Assembly: GCF_018350175.1 (NCBI RefSeq)
Contig: NC_058368.1
Location: 170,936,001-171,000,000, forward strand
Source: Felis catus
Taxonomy: Eukaryota
DNA: 64,000 nucleotides
Direction of reading: 5' to 3'
The notes beneath the pieces are model-generated. The model worked only from the letters and a program-made list of their open reading frames with translations. It did no database searches and was not told where the DNA came from. Numbering within the stretch: the stretch's first letter is position 1; the number at the start of each line of letters is the position of its first letter. Shown here one piece after another: positions 53,445 through 64,000 of the stretch. The position numbers and the translations under genes were made by a program.

Positions 53445-54226
53445 TTGACATCCATTTTCATGATAGATGTTTCTCCATCCCCTCACTTTGAATTTGTAGG
53501 TGTCTTTAGGTTGAAAATGAGTCTCTTGTAGGCAGCATATAAGTGGGCCTTGTTTTTTTTTTTTTTTTTTTTAATCTATTCTTTCACTCTGTTTGGAGTA
53601 TTTAGTCCATTTACCTTGAAAGTGATTATTGATAGATATGTATTTATTGCCATTTTATTACTTGTTTTGTGGTTGTTTCTGAAGATTTTCACTGATCCTT
53701 TCTTGTCTTTATCTCTTTCATGGTTTTAGGATTACATTTATATTTGGATTTTTTCTGTTTATTTGCATGTTTTTTGTGGTTTTTGATATATGGTTACTAT
53801 TAAGTTTGTATGCAACGTCTTCTGCATATAGTGGTCTATATTAAGTTGATGGTTGTTTATGTTTGAACCTATCCCTTACTCCCCTCTTTCTCACATTTTA
53901 GGTATATGGTGTCATATTTTACATGCTTTTATTCTTAGAGTTCCTTGCCTGATTTTTTTTTACAGAAATACAATTTTTTTTTTTTTTTTTACAGATTTTA
54001 CTGTTTCCTACCTTCATACTGTCTCTTTTGCTCTTTCTGCTTAAAGAGTCCCCTTTAATATTTCTTGCAGGACTGGTTTAGTGGTCATTAACTCCTTTAG
54101 TTTTTGTTTCGGAAATTCTTTCTGTCTCTGAGTGATATATATAGTGTCACTATATTCTGAATGATAACATTGCTGGATAGAGTATTTTTGGCTACTGATT
54201 TTTTTCCCTTCATCACTTTGAATATA

Positions 54227-55443
54227 CAAAGTAAAACTTTGGTTTGCAAGAATAATTCATTCTGGAAACCTGCTTGTAATCCAAAGCATTTGTATATCAA
54301 AGCGAATTTCCCCATAAGAAATAATAGAAACTCAGATGATTCATTCCACTGCCCAAAAATATTCTTATGAAAATGATCACAATGCTGTAAAATAACACAA
54401 AATAATAAATAAAATATAAAGAAAAATAAATAAATAAACCTGCACTTCCCTTTGAAAACCTTCATGGCTGGTGTGAGAGAGAGAGAGGGGTTACTGTGTA
54501 GGATGACTTTCACTCTCACTAATTGAATCACTGGTATCTATTGGTTTAATGGAAGCTTTTTCTTTTCATGCAGCTTTAACAACGAACTTATCCAATGACA
54601 TTTGCTTTTGCATCCTTTTGAGAATTTCATGGAAATGTGACCTCGCATTGTTGTTAAACAGATTCATTACTCACACTGTTACAGCCTTATTCGGGTGGTG
54701 ATTTTCTACAAAATTTAGCACTTCTTCCCACATTTTACACATCTCCATAATCTCATTTAGAGTGAGGGATTTCTCTGCCTTTTCTTCCTCCTCCTCTGCA
54801 GATGAGATGCAGACATAGACTTCTTATAAAATCTTGCAGTTTGAGCCACTCACATACCTTGTTCATACTTCTCAATGATTTCCTTCTTAACTTCCACCAT
54901 AGTCATCTCCTTCTTAACACCTTTCTTTTCAACCTTATGCTGCATGGTGGTCATTGTGTATGCTTACGTGGATGTTTAATATAGTACAGTATTAATAAAC
55001 TCTTATTATATACTGTATTTAATGTCACTGGCAATAAAGCAGCAGAGGAAAGGATCTATATCTGCTGGCAGTCAGACCAAGAATGAAAGTAAGCATTCCT
55101 ATACTTTTAAATGGAAAAGCAAAGGACTGTGCATAGGTGCTTTGAAGTGACAAAAAATACACCAGTGCCAGTTGTGGCCACCTTCTAACGTTCTAAAAAA
55201 TCACTGATTTCTGCCAGACACCACAGCCTGAGACCGAGCATCTGAGCATGGGAGACGATCACCCACAATCCTGCAGTGAGAGAGAGAGACAGAAGAACTA
55301 TTGGCTCAGTTGTGAGGTTTGGCATCATGTACTACTCATATTGCAAGACATCACTCATTTACCAAATTAAAAGTTATTAGAAATCTTTGCTTGTCTTGTG
55401 GAATACTCACAGAACAAGGTACTCACAATCCGATGTTTTACTG
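54227..55443 (-). mobile_element. Tigger/pogo-type Tc1-mariner DNA transposon, internally deleted, in L1 A ORF1
   Basis: TA-flanked ~24-bp TIRs (ca[aa]gtaaaactttggtttgcaag / ctcacaatccgatgttttactg); L1 ORF1 resumes on both sides. Confidence 0.88.
54566..54954 (-). pseudogene. pogo/Tigger transposase remnant (N-terminal HTH joined to C-terminus)
   Basis: Manual translation: ...VEVKKEIIEKYEQGM*VAQTARFYKKS, then in another frame EEEEEKAEKSLTLNEI...FHEILKRMQKQMSLDKFVVK; DDE core absent. Confidence 0.82.
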
Positions 55444-56516
55444 TATATCATGCCCCTCCCTTCTGGCTTGGAAAGTTTCTGTTGAAAATCCCCTGATAGC
55501 CTTATAGGATTTCCCTTGTATGTTACTGTCTTCTTTTTTCTTGCTGCTTTTCAATTTTTTTTTCTTTACCACTATATTTTGCCAGTGTAATCACACCATG
55601 TCTTGGTGTGGAACTGCTTTTATTGATTTGTGTTGGGGGTTCTCTGTGCCTCCTAGATCTGGATATCTGTTTTCTTAACCATATTAGGCAAATTTTCAGC
55701 TATTTCCTCAAATACATTTTCTGCCCCCCTTTCTCTCTATTCTTCTGGGATTCCTTTAATACAAATGTTATTGCATTTGATGGAATGACTGAGTTCCCTA
55801 AGTCTATTATGATTTTGCATAATTCTTTTTTCTCTTTAGTTTGGCTTGATTACTTCCCATTACTCTGTCTTCTAGGTTATTAATTTGTTCCTCTACTTCT
55901 TCTAGTTTTCTGTTCATTGCATTATGTGTGTTTCTAATTACATTTATTGCACTCTTCATCTCTGATTTTTTTTTAAATCTCTGTGTTAAGGGTCTCACGG
56001 ATGTCCCTCATTCTTTTCTCAAGTTCAGTGAGTATCCTTATGATCTTTGCTTTAAATATTCCCTCAGGCATATTACTTACACCTGTTTCACTTAGATCTG
56101 CATGGCCTTTCTGTTCTTTCATTTCAGACAAATTTCTCTGACTTCTCATTTTGTCTAAGTGTCTGTGCCTGTTTCTCCATGTTAGGAAAGTCAGCTATAT
56201 CTCTTGTTCTTGAGGGCAATGACCGTATGAAGAGGAGGTCCTATAGTGCCCTGCTGTATAGTGTCCCCTGTCTCTCAGGACCTGGCACTGCAAGGAGTGT
56301 CTCCAATATGTGCTGCATGTGCTCTGCTTTTGTCTCCTGGCCACTTTATCCTGTAGGCCAGTCATCTGAGGAGGCTCTCTTTGACTGCTATGGGCAGTGT
56401 TTGGTCCCTGGCCTGAATGTGGCACATTTTAACTAGGTTTGCTCTGGTCTGTTTATGAAATGAAACCAATTGCCACCACTGCCAGGACCAAAGCTCTACA
56501 AAACTCCGGTATCAGA

Positions 56517-56650
56517 GGGGTGGCTGGCTGGCTCTTTTGGTAGGGCATGTGACTCTTGATCTCAAGATCATGAGTTCAAGCCCCACATGGGGCATAGAAC
56601 TTACTTAAAAATAGAGAAACAAACTGCATCTTGAATTTAAAAAAGAAAAA
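56517..56650 (+). mobile_element. Short tRNA-Lys-like CAN-SINE (no CT tract) in L1 A 5'UTR
   Basis: ggggtggctggctggctc...gactcttgatctc...gagttcaagcccc...ttacttaaaa. Confidence 0.8.
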
Positions 56651-56654
56651 CTCC

Positions 56655-56808
56655 AGGGTGCCTGGGTGGCTCAGTCAGTTAAGTGTCGGTTCAGGTCATG
56701 ATCTCATGGTTTGTGAGTTCAAACCCATGTCGGGTTCTGTATGGACAGCTCAAAGCCTGGAGCTTGCTTTGGATTCTGTGTCTCTCTCTCTGACTCTCCC
56801 CTGATCGA

Positions 56809-56848
<40 letters not shown>

Positions 56849-56897
56849 TCAAAAATAAATAAACGTTTAAAAAAAAGGAAAAGGAAAAAAGAAAAAC
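56655..56897 (+). mobile_element. CAN-SINE inserted at the tail of the preceding SINE
   Basis: gggtgcctgggtggctcagtc, (CT)n, A-tail; aaaaact on both sides. Confidence 0.93.
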
Positions 56898-58318
56898 TGT
56901 TGCATCAGGAGATGCAGTGTGAGCATGGTTTCAGGCTGGTCTTCTAGGGGATGGGGCCTGCTGTATTGGGATTGAGGGAAGCATGAGGGAGCGTGGGGAG
57001 TTAGGGATGATTTAAGCAAGGTAGGTAGTGAGCATGGACACTGCACTGGTTCCCACAGGTGGCCCTATGCATATGCTGAGGGGCAGGGGAATAAAATGGC
57101 ACTGGTCAGTTCCTTTGTTCCCATAGGGGTATCTCTGTAAACACTGCCTCTCTGGGCTCTGGGACATGCTCTGCGATGAGCAAATAACTTCCCCACTGTG
57201 TGCCCCAGGTGCTTTTCAGAACACCATTTCCATGCTTATGTCTGTGCACTATTTGCCCTGTCTTTTCCCCAAGAGCAACCCCAGTGCTCTTTGAGTTTTA
57301 TTTAAGCCAACCTCCGCTGGTTGCAAGAAGTCAGAAAATTCAGTCCTTCTTGCTTTCCAAGCCAGTTGTTGTGTATATTTTTTCCCCATGCATTCCTGTC
57401 TGTGCTAATCTCTTTCCCTTCTCTGTTACTCCTCACTTCAGGGTCATGATCCATTTCTCTCCCAAACCACATCTCCATACTTCCTACCTGCTTCAGTGTG
57501 GCTTCCTCTCCTACCTTTAGTTGTGGAGTTTGTTCTGCCAGTCTTCAGGTGCTTTCTGGGTATCTAAGATGATATGATAGCTGTATTCACAGTAGGAGGC
57601 AAGCTTAGGGTCCCCCTACTTTGCTGCCATCTTGCCCTGTAGAGCACAGATACATTGATGAAGGCCAGAGAAGTCAGAATTGGCTTTATGGAGATGGTAA
57701 CTGAGCTCAGTTTTGTACATAGGTGGCACTTTCATGGTGAGGGAATAGCACCTGCAGTGTCATACACATATGAATGATTTAAGCATTAAATATAAGGAGA
57801 AGGCTGAGAAATACATTCTCTCTGACAAGAGTCAGAGCTACAAGATCTTCAGGGCATAGCTGAGGAGAATGAACACTTATTGTTTAAAATTCCTTCAAAA
57901 CTAGCTGAGCAGTGGCGAAGCAAGGTGACAGAATGAGTACATTGCAAAGTTGACAGAAAACAATGATAAAGACAGAATTAATTTATACTAATGCAAGAAA
58001 ACAAGCACTGTCATTGAACAGAAATTTAGAAGAGTTACTATAATGTAAGGATGAGACTGTATAAATTAGACTTTAAGTTTCAAATAACAGAATTCACTCA
58101 CTTTAAGCAGGAAAGAAATTTATTAGCAAGTAGTAACTACCTCCCAGAATGGCTACTGAAAAATAGGGTCAAACTGTAGAGTTACACAGTCCTAAATAAT
58201 GCCCTATCATGTTGGTGCTTCTCTAGCTAAAAATTCCTGCCACCACTTCTCAGCACCTGTCACATTCAGTACTGGATAATGGAAGCACCATCACTGCCAT
58301 CTTTGAAGATGGTGTAAG

Positions 58319-58525
58319 GCAGGGGCTGGCAGACTCATAGGCTGACAACATATTTCTGTAAGTGAAATTTTATTGGAACACAGTCATGCCCACTAGTTTA
58401 TATATTGTCTGCAGTTGCTTTTGTTCTATACCCAGAGTTGAAGTGGAGAGAGAGTTCATGTGGCCCACAAAGCTGAGATATTTACTATTTACCCTTTTAT
58501 AGAATAAATTTTCCAACAATTGATT
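58319..58525 (+). mobile_element. MER58-like hAT MITE
   Basis: caggggctggcagac...ttttattggaacacagtcatgccc...tttatagaataaattttccaac. Confidence 0.75.
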
Positions 58526-59225
58526 TAGATAACTTTCTTAGCCCTGAGAAAGAAAAGGGACTCAGCCCTAGAATAACAAATTAAACCATGGCATACCCTA
58601 CCAGTCAGCCCATCCTCCTCTCCAACCAGACAGGCTATGATAAACAAGAGCAACTTTCATAGAAAAGTGAACAAGGGTCTTAAATGGAAAGAAGAGTGCT
58701 ACTGATAATCAGAAAGCCTTTGAAGAAAACTAAGTACAAAGGTACACACAAGATGAAATAACCCATAAGCAAAAGAGTTATTAGAACACATAGAAGAATC
58801 TCTCTCTCTCTCTCTTCTTAAATTTAAATCCAAGTTAGTTAACATATAGTGTAATAGTGATTTCAGGAATAGAATTTAGTGATTCAGCACTCACATATAA
58901 CATCCAGTGCTCATCCCAACAAGTGTCCTTAATGCCCCTGACTCCTTTACCCCTTCCCTCCACCCAATACCCTGCCAGAAACCCTCAGTTTGTTCTCTGT
59001 ACTTAAGAGTCTCTTACAGTTTGTCTCCCTCTCTGTTTTTATCTTCTTTTTGCTTCCCTTCCCTATGTTCATCTGTTGTGTATCAAAAATTCCACATATG
59101 AGTGAAATCATAGGATATTTGTCTTTCTCTCACTGACTCATTTTGCTTAGCATAATATACTCTAGTTTATCCCTGTTGCTGCAAATGGCAAGATTTCATT
59201 CTTTTTGATCTCTGAGTAATATTCC

Positions 59226-59227
<2 letters not shown>

Positions 59228-59258
<31 letters not shown>
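59228..59258. repeat. (GT)n microsatellite in L1 D
   Basis: Direct reading. Confidence 0.92.
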
Positions 59259-59261
<3 letters not shown>

Positions 59262-61989
59262 CACACATCTTTATCCCTTCATCAGTCAATGGACATTTGG
59301 ACTCTTTCCATACTTTAGCTATTGTTGTTAGTGCTGCTGTAAACATTGGGGTGCATGTGCCCCTTCAAATAAGCGCTCCCATATCCTTTGAACAAATACC
59401 TAGTAGTGCAATTTCTGGGTTCTAGGGTAATTCTATTTTTAATTTTTTTGAGGAACCTCCATACTGTTTTCCAGAATGGCTGCTCCAGTTTACTTTCCCA
59501 CCAGCAGTACAAAAGTGTTCCTCTTTCTCCGCTTCCTCACCAACATCTTTTGTTGCCTGAGTTGTTCATTTTGGCTATTCTAACTGGTGTGAGGTGGTAT
59601 CTCATTGTGGTTTTGATTTGTATTTTCCTAGTGATGACTGATATTGAACATCTTGTCATGTGTCTATTAGCCATCTGGATGTCTTCTTTGGAGAGGTGTG
59701 TATTCATAGTTTTTGTCCATTTCTTCACTGGATTATTTGCTTTTTGCGTGTTGTTTGATAACTTCATAGATTTTTGGATACTAACCCTTTATCTGATATG
59801 TCATTTGTAAGTAGCTTACCCCATTCCACTGGTTGCCTTTTAGTTTTGCTGATTGTTTCCTTCACTGTGCCGACACATTTTATCTTGATGAGGTCCCAAT
59901 AGCTCATTTTTGCTTTTGTTTCCCTTATCTCCAGAGACATGTCAAGTAAGAAGGTGCTGCAGCTGAGGTCAAAGAGATTGTTGCCTGTTTGCTCCTCTAG
60001 GATTTTTATGGCTTTCTGTATTATGTTTACATCTTTCATCCATTTTGAGCTTATTTTTGTGTATGGTGTAAGAAAGTGGTCCAGGTTCATTTACTTGCAT
60101 GTTGCTGTCCAGCTTTCCCAACATCATTTGCTGAAGAGACTGTTTATTCCATTGGATATTCTTTCCTGCTTTGTCAAAGATTACTTGGCCATACTTTGAT
60201 GGGTCCATTTCTGGGTTCTCTATCCTGTTACATTGATCTGAGTGTCTGTTTTTGTGCCAGTACCATATTGTCTTGATGATTACAGCTTTGTAATACATCT
60301 TCAAGTCCGGAATTGTGATGCCTCCAGCTTGGTTTTCTTTTTCAGGATTGCTTTGGCTATTCGGAGTCTTTTCTGGTTCCATACAAATTTTAGGATTGTT
60401 TGTTCTAGCTGTGTGAATAATCCTGGTGTTATTTTTATAGGGATTGCATTGAATATATAGATTGCTTTGGGTGGTATTGACATTTTAACAATATTTGTTC
60501 TTCCAGTCCATGAGCATGGAATGTTTTTCCATTTCTTTTTGTCTTCTTCAATATCTTTCATAAGCTTTCTATAGTTTTCAGTGTATAGACTTTTTCACCT
60601 CTTTGGTTAGGTTTATTCCTAAGTATCTTATGGTTTTTGGTGAAATTGTAAATGGGATCAATTCCTTGATTTCTCATTCTGTTGTTTCATTATTGGTGTA
60701 TAGAAATACTACCAATTTCTGCATATTGATTTTGTATCCTGCGACTTTGCTGAATTCATTTATCAGTTCTAGCAGTTTTTTTGGTGGAGTCTTTGTGTTT
60801 TCCACATAGGATACTATGTCATCTGTGAAGAGTGAAAGTTTGACTTCCTCCTTGCCAACTTGGATGTCTTTTATTTCATTTTGTTGTCTGATTGCTAAGG
60901 CTAGGACTTCCAACACTATGTTGAATAACAGTGGTAAGAATGAACATCCTTGTGTTCCTGACCCTAGGGGGAAAGCTTAGTTTTTCCCCATTGAGGATGA
61001 TATTAGCTGTGGGTCTTTCTTATATAGCCTTTATGATCTTGAGTATGATCCTTCTATCACTACTTCCCTGAGGGTTTTTATCAAGAAGGAATGCTATATT
61101 TTGTCAAATGCTTTTTTTGTATCTATTGAGAGGATCATGTGGTTCTTATCATTTCTTTTATTAATATGATGTACCACATTGATTGATTTGCAGATATTGG
61201 ACCAACCCTGCATCCCAGGAATAAATTCCACTTGATTGTGGTGAATTATTCTTTTAATGTATTGTTGGATCTGGGTTGCTAGTATTGTGTTGAGAATTTT
61301 CGCATCCATGTTCATCAGGGAAATTGGTCTGTAGTTCTCCTTTTTAGTGGGGTCTTTGTTTGGTTTTGGAATCAAAGTAATGCTGACCTCATTGAATGAG
61401 TTTGGAAGTTTGTTCCATTTCTATTTTTTGGAACAGCTTCAAAAGAATAGTGTTAACTCTTCTTTAAATGTTTGGTATAATTCCCCTGGGAAGCCATCTG
61501 GCTCTGGATTCTTTTTTGTTGGGAGAATTTTTATTATTGATTTAATTTCTTTACTGGTTATGGGTATGTTCACATTTTCTATTCTTTCACTTTTGGTAGT
61601 TTATATGTTTCTAGGAATTTGTCCATTTCTTCCAGATTGCCCAATTTGTTGGCGTATAATTGCTCATAATATTCTCTTATTACTGTTTCTATTTCTGTGG
61701 CATTGGTTGTAATCTTTCCTCTTTCATTTGTGATTTTATTTATTTGGGTCATTCCTTTTTCTTTTTGATGAATCTGGCTAGAAGTTTATAAAGTTTTGTT
61801 AACTCTTTCATATGACCAGCTCCTGGTTTCATTGATCTGTTCTACTATTCTTTTGATTCCGATATCATTGATTTCTGCTCTAATCCTTATCATTTCCCTT
61901 CTGATGGTTGTGGGCTTTATTTGCTGCTCTTTTTCCAGCTTTTTTAGGTGTAAGGTTAGGTTGTGTATTTGAGATCTTTTTCTTTCTTT

Positions 61990-62210
61990 CTTTTTTTTTT
62001 TTTTCAACGTTTATTTATTTTTTTGGGGACAGAGAGAGACAGAGCATGAACGGGGGAGGGGCAGAGAGAGAGGGAGACACAGAATCGGAAACAGGCTCCA
62101 GGCTCTGAGCCATCAGCCCAGAGCCTGACGTGGGGCTCGAACTCACGGACCGCGAGATCGTGACCTGGCTGAAGTCGGACGCTCAACCGACTGCGCCACC
62201 CAGGCGCCCC
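61990..62210 (-). mobile_element. Young SINEC_Fc-type SINE in L1 D
   Basis: Perfect TSD tctttttctttcttt (61975-61989 / 62211-62225). Confidence 0.98.
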
Positions 62211-62899
62211 TCTTTTTCTTTCTTTAGGAAGGCCTGGGTTGCTATATACTTCAGTCTTATGACTGCCTTTGCTGTATCCCAGAGGTTTTGGGCATTAGTG
62301 TTTATATTTTCATTGGCTTCCATGTACTTTATAATTTCCTCTTTAATTTCTTTCTTGGTTAACCCATTCATCCTTTAGTAGGATGTTCTGTAATCTCCAG
62401 GTATTCATAGTCTTTCCAAATTCTTTCTCATGGTTGATTTCGAGTTTCATAGTGTTGTGGTCTGAAAATATGCAAAGTGTGATCTCAGTCTTTTTGTACT
62501 TGTCAAGGGCTGATTTGTGACCCAGTATGTGATCTATTCCGGAGAATGTTCTGTGTGCACTAGAGAATAATGTGTATTCTGCTTTAGGATGAAATGTTCT
62601 GAATATATCTGTTAAGTCCATCCACTCCAGTATGTCATCAGAGCCATTGTTTCCTTGTAGATTTTCTGCTTACAAGATCTGTCACTTGCTGTAAGTGGGG
62701 TGTTGATGTCCCCTAGTATTATGGTATTATTATCAATGAGTTTCTTTACATTTGTGATTAATTGACTTATATATTTATGTCCACATTGGGGGCATAAATA
62801 TTTACAATGGTTAGATTTTCTTGGTGGATAAACCACTTAATTATGATATAATGCCCTTCTTCATTTCTTGTTACAATCTTTATTTTAAAACCTAGTTTA

Positions 62900-63120
62900 G
62901 GGGCGCCTGGGTGGCGCAGTCGGTTAAGCGTCCGACTTCAGCCAGGTCACGATCTCGCGGTCCGTGAGTTCGAGCCCCGCGTCAGGCTCTGGGCTGATGG
63001 CTCAGAGCCTGGAGCCTGTTTCCGATTCTGTGTCTCCCTCTCTCTCTGCCCCTCCCCCGTCCATGCTCTGTCTCTCTCTGTCCCAAAAATAAATAAACGT
63101 TGAAAAAAAAATTAAAAAAA
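62900..63120 (+). mobile_element. Young SINEC_Fc-type SINE in L1 D
   Basis: Perfect TSD aaaacctagttt (62887-62898 / 63121-63132). Confidence 0.98.
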
Positions 63121-63333
63121 AAAACCTAGTTTGTCTGATATAACTATGGCTACTCTAGCTTTTGACGACCATTAACATGAAAGATGTTTCTCTATCCCCT
63201 TACTTTTAATCTGCAGGTGCCTTTGGGTCTAAAATTAGTCTCTTGTAAGCAGCATATAGATGGGTCTTGTTTTCTTATCCATCCTAATGTCCTGTGTCTT
63301 TTGATTGAAGCAGTTAGTCCATTGACATTTAAA

Positions 63334-63545
63334 AATTTTTTTTATGTTTATTTATTTTTGAGAAGAGAGAGACAGAGTATGAGCGGGGGAGGAGAGAGAA
63401 AGAGGGAGACACAGAATCTGAAACAGGCTCCACACTCTGAGCTGGTCAGCACCCAGCTCGATGTGGGGCTTGAATTCATGGACCTTGAGATCATGACCTA
63501 AGCTGAAGTCTGATGCTTAACCTACTGAGCCACTCAGGTGCCCCT
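63334..63545 (-). mobile_element. CAN-SINE in L1 D
   Basis: TSD agttagtccattgacattt(aaa) (63312-63333 / 63546-63567). Confidence 0.96.
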
Positions 63546-64000
63546 AGTTAGTCCATTGACATTTAAAGTGAGTACTGAAAGATATGAATTTAGTGCCATT
63601 GTGTTGCCTGTAGAGTCGGTGTTGCTGGTGGTATCCTCTGGTCCTTTCCAGTCTTTGTTGTTTTTGATCTTTTTTGTTTTGTTTTTTCTGCACTCAAAGA
63701 GTGGAGGAATTATCCTATGATTCAGATGTTATTCCTTTTTAATAAGTCACTGAGTTCTCTAAGTCTTGTATCATGCTCTTTTGCCTTTGTTTCTTTCTTT
63801 TTTTCTGCTTCATTATTCTCCATAGTTTTATCTTCTATATTGCTCATTCACTGCTCTGCTTTGTCTATCCTTGCCGTCATGGCACCCATTCAAGATTGCA
63901 TCTTGGTTATAGCATTTTGTATTTCATCTTGATTAGCTTTTACTTCTTTTATCTCCACAAAAAGAGATTCTATGCTATTTTCAAACCCAGCTGGTATTCT

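Larger units (their letters stand above)
41822..57639 (-). mobile_element. L1 A: full-length carnivore LINE-1 (L1_Carn-like), host of nested insertions
   Basis: Poly-T/3'UTR at 41822; ORF2 and ORF1 remnants; 5' end (rev) ggcaagatggcagc; TSD tagagcacaggtatat (41806-41821) / tagagcacagatacat (57640-57655). Confidence 0.93.
58815..64000 (-). mobile_element. L1 D: carnivore LINE-1, 3' end through ORF1, continues beyond the window
   Basis: 3'UTR at 58815; ORF2 motifs [29 protein letters not shown] (decayed FADD), DLTDIFRTFHP. Confidence 0.95.

Noticed and set aside
56517..56600. tRNA-Lys gene
   Set aside because: Degenerate A-box and stems followed by an A-tail: a tRNA-derived SINE, not a functional tRNA
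1..64000. CRISPR array, prokaryotic system or intact autonomous element
   Set aside because: Mammalian DNA with no regularly spaced repeat-spacer array; all RT and transposase frames are broken by stops and frameshifts

Overview
Mammalian, specifically felid, non-coding genomic DNA. The diagnostic is many tRNA-derived CAN-SINEs, including young SINEC_Fc-type copies with perfect TSDs. I find no credible host protein-coding exon, RNA gene or CRISPR array. The recognisable ORFs in the track are decayed L1 ORF1/ORF2 or SINE read-throughs, and the rest have no product I recognise. Bases 1-41.8 kb are unique sequence mixed with old repeats (MIR, L2, L1M, MaLR/ERV LTRs, hAT MITEs) and about 14 SINEs. 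Bases 41.8-64 kb are a nested transposon stack. A full-length carnivore L1 (A, 41822-57639) contains a second full-length L1 (B) that itself holds a young SINE. L1 A also contains a twin-primed 5'-inverted L1 fragment (C), a 1.2-kb Tigger/pogo-type DNA transposon and four SINEs. A further L1 (D) runs off the window end. The most notable items are mechanistic fossils: a DNA transposon younger than its carnivore L1 host, a template-switch hairpin, twin priming, solo poly(A) insertions, a closely spaced near-identical inverted SINE pair, and parallel microsatellite births. I see no evidence of a novel gene system. Repeat family names are from memory, not from a database search, and boundaries of old repeats are approximate.
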